From an uncultured Bacteroidota bacterium (lineage in GTDB: Bacteria > Bacteroidota > Bacteroidia > Bacteroidales > JAAUTT01): a stretch of DNA of 64,000 nt. A program made the translations under genes and the position numbers. Shown in pieces: positions 59,271-64,000 of this stretch. The DNA lies in assembly GCA_963766305.1 (NCBI GenBank), contig CAVYAE010000034.1, positions 202,041 through 266,040 on the forward strand, read 5' to 3'. Within the stretch, counting starts at the first letter, position 1, and each line of letters begins with the position of its first letter. The notes under the pieces were generated by a model. The model did not search any database. It was not told where the DNA came from and saw nothing but the letters and a program-made list of their open reading frames with translations.

Positions 59271-59620
59271 AATGTCCGGAAATAAAGCCGGATGCAAGGC
59301 TTGCGCAGTCAGAAAAAGCGGAGTTTACTGAGGTAAATGAGCATTTTTATGACAAGCATAACACAGCAGCTGGTGTTTATATGATAATGTCCGGAAATAA
59401 AGCCGGATGCAAGGCTTGCGCAGTCAGAAAAAGCGGAGTTTACTGAGGTAAATGAGCATTTTTATGACAAGCATAACACAGCAGCTGGTGTTTATATGAT
59501 AATGTCCGGAAATAAAGCCGGATGCAAGGCTTGCGCAGTCAGAAAAAGCGGAGTTTACTGAGGTAAATGAGCATTTTTATGACAAGCATAACACAGCAGC
59601 TGGCTTTATTTCCGGACATT
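59271..59620. repeat. three head-to-tail copies of a 115-bp unit; the last copy closes a 120-nt imperfect palindrome with 19-bp perfect terminal inverted repeats
   Basis: Units start at 59271, 59386, 59501 and are identical over the first 100 nt. AATGTCCGGAAATAAAGCC (59501-59519) is the reverse complement of GGCTTTATTTCCGGACATT (59602-59620). Confidence 0.9.
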
Positions 59621-60605
59621 ATTTGGAAAGAAGCCATACATCCTGCATCCCCCTGTTAGCCTTTAACCTTTCACATTCAGCCATTGCTTTGTCTTTTTCT
59701 CCGAATTCACCAAGTGACACCCTGTAAAGATCTTCACCAAACTTTAATACCTCGGCTTTTAGTCCGTTTTTTTCATATTGGCTTGCCTGAATGGTTGCCC
59801 TTTGAAATGTTTTAAAACTACCTCCAATAATAAAATAACTCCTGTCTCCCGAAGGTTGTACTTCTTCTTTTACAGAGTCCATGGCTAAAGCAGTTTTCTT
59901 ATCAGTTTTGTTATTGAAAAATTTTTCAAGATCGCTTTTTTTGGCAGTATCTTTCTTTTCTATTATAGCAGGTGCTGGAGCAGGTGCCGGAGAATTATTT
60001 TCATGAGCTACTGTGATTTTAGTAACAGGTTTGGCAGGTAAAAACCTGGCTTTGATATCATTAAAATTAATATAAACAGTTATTGCCCCTCCAACCAGTA
60101 TAATTGCAGCGATTACCATTATAATTGCTGAGGTACTTAATCTGGCATATTTAAATGATCTTGAAGAATTTAGTTGAGGCGGAAGAGTTATATCCAGAGG
60201 TTTATAATCAATTTTTGATAAGCCGTATGAATCAGTTAAAAAATTTGTTTCATTTTCACGATCGAACCGCAATTGTTCCTGATCCTTGGAAAAATATCCA
60301 ATGCCTTCCAAAAGAACGGTTTCTCCTTTATTTAGTTTTTTATTAAAAGCATCCACCTGGTGTCTGACAAATTTTTCTGCATTTTTTTTTGTCGTCTTCC
60401 TTAGCAGAGCTACCTGCTGAACGAAGAAATCGTCTTCAGCATTCAGGGTTTTGTCAAAATTGAGAATTTTATTTGGAGGAGTAATAGTATGGTCCTCAGA
60501 ATTAATTTCGGCTGCCCTGTAAATTGTATTAAATCCTCCAATTCCTGGAATTATTATAATATCATTTACATATAATAATTCTTTGATATAAAATGCTAAT
60601 TCCAC
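59619..60605 (-). CDS. SPOR-domain protein with HU-like N-terminal domain and one TM
   Basis: N-terminal ELLYVNDIIIIPGIGGF (HU-fold-like), TM (STSAIIMVIAAIILVGGAITVYI), C-terminal SPOR (YFIIGGSFKTFQRA...YRVSLGEFGEKDKA). Confidence 0.75.
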   Translation of the reverse strand: MELAFYIKELLYVNDIIIIPGIGGFNTIYRAAEINSEDHTITPPNKILNFDKTLNAEDDFFVQQVALLRKTTKKNAEKFVRHQVDAFNKKLNKGETVLLEGIGYFSKDQEQLRFDRENETNFLTDSYGLSKIDYKPLDITLPPQLNSSRSFKYARLSTSAIIMVIAAIILVGGAITVYINFNDIKARFLPAKPVTKITVAHENNSPAPAPAPAIIEKKDTAKKSDLEKFFNNKTDKKTALAMDSVKEEVQPSGDRSYFIIGGSFKTFQRATIQASQYEKNGLKAEVLKFGEDLYRVSLGEFGEKDKAMAECERLKANRGMQDVWLLSK

Positions 60606-60769
60606 TTATTTAGATTTTTACGCAAATGTATAAAAAATAAATTTTAAGAAGTGATCTAATAGAAATGCTTTTGCTTATGTAAATCAAAATAGTTGTACCA
60701 ACATTTTTATTATCTTCGCATTTTCGGTTTTAAACCAAAATAGTAATGGCTTAAATAATTCAATAAAAA

Positions 60770-61735
60770 GTGGAACAAAAAGGAAATTCTAAAAATTTTG
60801 CATTAATAGGTGCGGCCGGATTTGTAGCGCCACGACATCTCAAAGCAATAAAAGAAACAAATAACAATCTTGTAGCGGCACTTGATAAATTTGATTGTGT
60901 TGGTATAATGGACAGCTTTTTCCCCAATGCCGATTTTTTCGTTGAATTTGAAAGGTTCGACCGTCATATAGATAAAATTAAAAGATTGGGTACTAAAGTG
61001 GATTATGTCAGCATTTGTTCCCCCAATTACCTTCACGATTCGCATATACGTTTTGCACTGCGTAGCCAGGCTGATGCTATTTGCGAAAAACCTCTGGTTC
61101 TTAATCCCTGGAATATAGACGGCCTTGTTGAAATTGAAAAGGAAACGGGAAGAAAGGTATTTAACGTGCTGCAGCTGCGATTACACCAATCAATAATAGG
61201 ATTGAAGGAACAAATAAAAAGCGGCCCTGCTGATAAGATCTATGACATTGACCTGACGTACATAACCAGCCGGGGAAACTGGTACCATACCTCGTGGAAA
61301 GGAGAATCTGCCAAATCAGGAGGGGTAGCCACCAATATAGGTGTCCATTTTTTTGATATGTTAACATGGATTTTCGGTGAGATGAAAGAAAATATTGTGC
61401 ATATTATGTTGCCAGATAAAGCCTCAGGTTTCATGTTCCTTAAAAATGCAAGGGTAAGATGGTTTCTCAGCATTGATAGTAATGATCTGCCTGCTCACAT
61501 ACAATCCAAAGGTCAGCGCACCTTCCGTTCTATTAAGGTTGAAGGTAATGAATTTGAATTCAGTGAAGGCTTTACAGACCTGCACACAAAAACTTACGAA
61601 GAAATCCTTGCTGGTAAAGGCTTTGGACTGGCAGAAGCCAAATCGTCCATAGAAACAGTATATGAAATACGGAAATCAACTCCTACAGGGCTTACTGGTG
61701 ATTATCATCCGTTCTGCAAGAATTTAAATCTTTAA
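60770..61735 (+). CDS. Gfo/Idh/MocA-family oxidoreductase (WbpB-like UDP-sugar dehydrogenase type)
   Basis: Rossmann N-terminus FALIGAAGFVAPRHLKAI, CEKPL motif; polysaccharide-locus context; GTG start. Confidence 0.75.
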   Translation: MEQKGNSKNFALIGAAGFVAPRHLKAIKETNNNLVAALDKFDCVGIMDSFFPNADFFVEFERFDRHIDKIKRLGTKVDYVSICSPNYLHDSHIRFALRSQADAICEKPLVLNPWNIDGLVEIEKETGRKVFNVLQLRLHQSIIGLKEQIKSGPADKIYDIDLTYITSRGNWYHTSWKGESAKSGGVATNIGVHFFDMLTWIFGEMKENIVHIMLPDKASGFMFLKNARVRWFLSIDSNDLPAHIQSKGQRTFRSIKVEGNEFEFSEGFTDLHTKTYEEILAGKGFGLAEAKSSIETVYEIRKSTPTGLTGDYHPFCKNLNL

Positions 61736-61786
61736 CCTTAATTCTCATAGTGAAAATATAGAATTTTAACATATAATTATATTTGT

Positions 61787-63073
61787 ATGTACAACGATCT
61801 TATTACAAAAAAAGAAAAATTAGCCGTCATTGGCCTTGGTTATGTCGGTTTGCCAATAGCTCTGGAATTTGCGCGTAAGGTTTCGGTGGTAGGATTTGAT
61901 ATCCGCCCGGACCGTATTGAAAAAATGAAAAATAAAATTGACCCCAGTAACGAACTGGGCAAGTCGGCTTTTGATGGTTGTGATATTGATTTTACTTCAA
62001 ATATTGAAGATTTAAGAAGGGCTAAATTCTTTATTGTTGCTGTACCTACCCCTATCGACAAACGTAACCTTCCTGACCTCACCCCTTTGTTAAGTGCAAC
62101 AAATACGGTAGGGAAAGTATTAAAAAAAGGAGATTATGTAGTGTATGAATCTACAGTGTACCCATCCTGCACTGAAGAAGATTGTATTCCCTTACTTGAA
62201 AATCTTTCCGGATTAAAATTTAAAAAGGATTTTAAAGTAGGATTTTCTCCTGAGCGCATTAATCCGGGAGATAAGAATCATACTCTTAAATCTATTGTCA
62301 AGGTAGTGTCAGGATGTGATGAGGAATCCCTTGATCAGATTGCAAAAACCTACGAACTGGTTGTTGAAGCCGGAGTGCACAGAGCCAGTTCAATAAAGGT
62401 TGCAGAAGCTGCTAAAATTATTGAAAACACACAACGCGATATTAACATTGCGTTTATGAATGAGCTTTCACTTATATTTAACAAATTAAATATTAACACA
62501 TTCGAAGTGCTTGAAGCAGCCGGTACAAAATGGAACTTCCTTAAATTTTATCCCGGTTTGGTGGGAGGTCATTGTATAGGTGTTGATCCGTATTATCTGT
62601 CCTATAAAGCCAAGGAATTAGGAATACATGCCCAGATTATAAATTCAGGCAGGTCAATAAATGACTCCATGGCAGAATATATAGCCGTACAATGTGTTAA
62701 AAAGATGATAGCTGCCGGCAAAACCATAAATCAATCCAGGGTATTGGTAATGGGTGCTACTTTTAAAGAAAATGTGAGTGACATAAGAAATTCAAAAGTT
62801 GCTGACATAGTATATGAATTACAATCCTTTGGAGTTACTGTTGATGTTACCGATCCTTATGCTGACTCTGACGATTTAAAACATGAATACGGGTTCGGGT
62901 TATGCAAGGAATTAAACAAATATGATGCTGTTATTCTTGCTGTTAACCACCATCAGTATTTAAATTTTGATGAAAATTATTTCCTTGGTTTATGCAGGGA
63001 AAAAGGAATATTCTTTGATGTAAAAGGAGTTTATAAGAATAAGATTAAACAGTTAACATACTGGAGTTTATAG
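61787..63073 (+). CDS. UDP-N-acetyl-hexosamine (nucleotide sugar) 6-dehydrogenase, WbpA/TviB-like
   Basis: LAVIGLGYVGLPIALEFA, GGHCIGVDPYYL catalytic Cys motif. Confidence 0.85.
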   Translation: MYNDLITKKEKLAVIGLGYVGLPIALEFARKVSVVGFDIRPDRIEKMKNKIDPSNELGKSAFDGCDIDFTSNIEDLRRAKFFIVAVPTPIDKRNLPDLTPLLSATNTVGKVLKKGDYVVYESTVYPSCTEEDCIPLLENLSGLKFKKDFKVGFSPERINPGDKNHTLKSIVKVVSGCDEESLDQIAKTYELVVEAGVHRASSIKVAEAAKIIENTQRDINIAFMNELSLIFNKLNINTFEVLEAAGTKWNFLKFYPGLVGGHCIGVDPYYLSYKAKELGIHAQIINSGRSINDSMAEYIAVQCVKKMIAAGKTINQSRVLVMGATFKENVSDIRNSKVADIVYELQSFGVTVDVTDPYADSDDLKHEYGFGLCKELNKYDAVILAVNHHQYLNFDENYFLGLCREKGIFFDVKGVYKNKIKQLTYWSL

Positions 63074-63130
63074 TTTTATTAAAATTAAATTTTAAGGCAA
63101 TACCTTTCCCCAATAATAAAAATAATTGAT

Positions 63131-64000
63131 ATGGGTAAGATTAAGATACTAGTTACAGGCGGAACAGGATACATTGGCTCTCACACAGTTGTGGAACTTA
63201 TTAATGAAGGGTTTGAAGTAATTATAGTTGATAACCTTTCCAACTCAACAACTTATGCCCTTGATGGTGTGGAAAAGATTACAGGTATCCGCCCTGTATT
63301 TGAACAATTTGATCTTAAAGACAATATCAGGGTCACCGAATTGTTTGAAAAATATCCTGATATTAAGGCAATTATTCATTTTGCCGCGTCCAAGGCTGTA
63401 AATGAATCAGTGGTAAAACCATTGCTTTACTACCGCAACAATTTAGTTTCACTTATCAATTTACTTGAAATAGTTAACAGTAAACCTCAAATTAACTTTG
63501 TTTTTTCATCGTCATGCACTGTTTACGGACAACCTGATACATTGCCGGTTACCGAATCATCTCCTGTAAAAAAGGCTACCTCCCCATATGGTAATACAAA
63601 ACAAATTGCTGAAGAAATTATACAGGACAGCTGTTCTGCAAACGGTCTTATCAGTGCTATTTCACTCAGGTATTTTAATCCCATTGGAGCACACAAGTCT
63701 GCCCTTATAGGCGAACTTCCCCTGGGCATTCCCCAAAACCTGGTACCTTTTATTACACAGACTGCCATTGGCATTCGTGAAGAGCTAAAAGTTTTCGGGA
63801 ATGATTATGATACTCCTGATGGCTCGTGTATAAGGGATTATATTGATGTTACAGATCTTGCCAAGGCTCATGTTATTGCTATAAAGAGGCTCATAAACAA
63901 AATTAATAAAACAACCTATGAGGTTTTTAATTTAGGTACGGGCAGAGGATTAACCGTTCTTGAACTTATTGATATTTTCCAAAAGGTTACAGGCAAAAAA
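63131..64000 (+). CDS. galE: UDP-glucose 4-epimerase, N-terminal 290 codons (runs off window end)
   Basis: Own translation from ATG 63131: MGKIKILVTGGTGYIGSHTVVEL..., SSSCTVYG, SPYGNTKQ (YxxxK), LRYFNPIGAH; open-ended, so absent from ORF track. Confidence 0.9.
   Translation, partial: MGKIKILVTGGTGYIGSHTVVELINEGFEVIIVDNLSNSTTYALDGVEKITGIRPVFEQFDLKDNIRVTELFEKYPDIKAIIHFAASKAVNESVVKPLLYYRNNLVSLINLLEIVNSKPQINFVFSSSCTVYGQPDTLPVTESSPVKKATSPYGNTKQIAEEIIQDSCSANGLISAISLRYFNPIGAHKSALIGELPLGIPQNLVPFITQTAIGIREELKVFGNDYDTPDGSCIRDYIDVTDLAKAHVIAIKRLINKINKTTYEVFNLGTGRGLTVLELIDIFQKVTGKK

Noticed and set aside
59280-59300. SRP/4.5S RNA-like GUCCGGAA segment
   Set aside because: Only the short GTCCGGAA word matches. 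The conserved domain IV context (GGAAGCAGCC and so on) is absent.
59272-59560. Three identical 19-codon ORFs (MSGNKAGCKACAVRKSGVY), one per tandem unit, as RiPP-like precursor genes
   Set aside because: No modification, transport or immunity genes are adjacent. The ORFs follow trivially from DNA-level repetition, and there is no independent coding signal. Noted in the repeat finding only as a remote possibility.
59271-59620. Possible CRISPR array
   Set aside because: The repeats are 115 bp and directly abutting with no unique spacers, and no cas genes are present in the window.
1-64000. tRNA, rRNA, tmRNA, RNase P genes
   Set aside because: Visual scan of all intergenic regions over 60 bp found no cloverleaf-like GTTCGAATC / T-loop signatures or conserved rRNA or RNase P blocks. 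A proper tRNAscan/Infernal run is still needed.

Overview
AT-rich chromosomal segment from a Bacteroidota bacterium that uses type IX secretion (T9SS). This inference rests on the porZ-, gldH-, porW/sprE- and porX-like genes, several proteins with YPNP-type C-terminal sorting domains, a TonB-dependent receptor, FISUMP and GH3-family genes. Most of the window is housekeeping: metG, pgk, queA, truB, uppP, ftsX, ilvE, trmB, holB, rdgB, cysE, galE and others. I saw no rRNA, tRNA or CRISPR array by eye. The one clearly accessory stretch is about 52.0-59.6 kb. It holds an orphan MobV relaxase with a candidate oriT hairpin, followed by a GH5 glycanase gene. That gene's T9SS sorting domain has been cut off by a 4.2-kb nested pair of IS1634-like insertion sequences, which are bracketed by a 61-bp direct repeat and contain a 923-bp internal direct duplication. 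A 3 x 115-bp perfect tandem palindromic repeat follows. Other points worth a second look: (1) the porZ-like gene is split by a 1-nt frameshift. (2) A TPR-kinase/LuxR regulator, TonB receptor, beta-helix T9SS protein and MINPP-type phytase (HAE motif) sit together, possibly as an inositol-phosphate acquisition locus. (3) Several intergenic regions consist of blocks of degenerate tandem 7- or 8-nt words. One is a 21-octamer C-rich array; another is an ATGTGCAG word that starts within about 3-20 nt of four stop codons. (4) A GAGTTCC motif lies 36-37 nt upstream of three unrelated start codons, each time followed by sequence complementary to the initiation region. (5) An identical 19-mer lies upstream of two unrelated genes. 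All functional calls come from reading motifs in the translations. No database search was possible, so family names are recognition-based and boundaries of non-coding elements were counted by eye.
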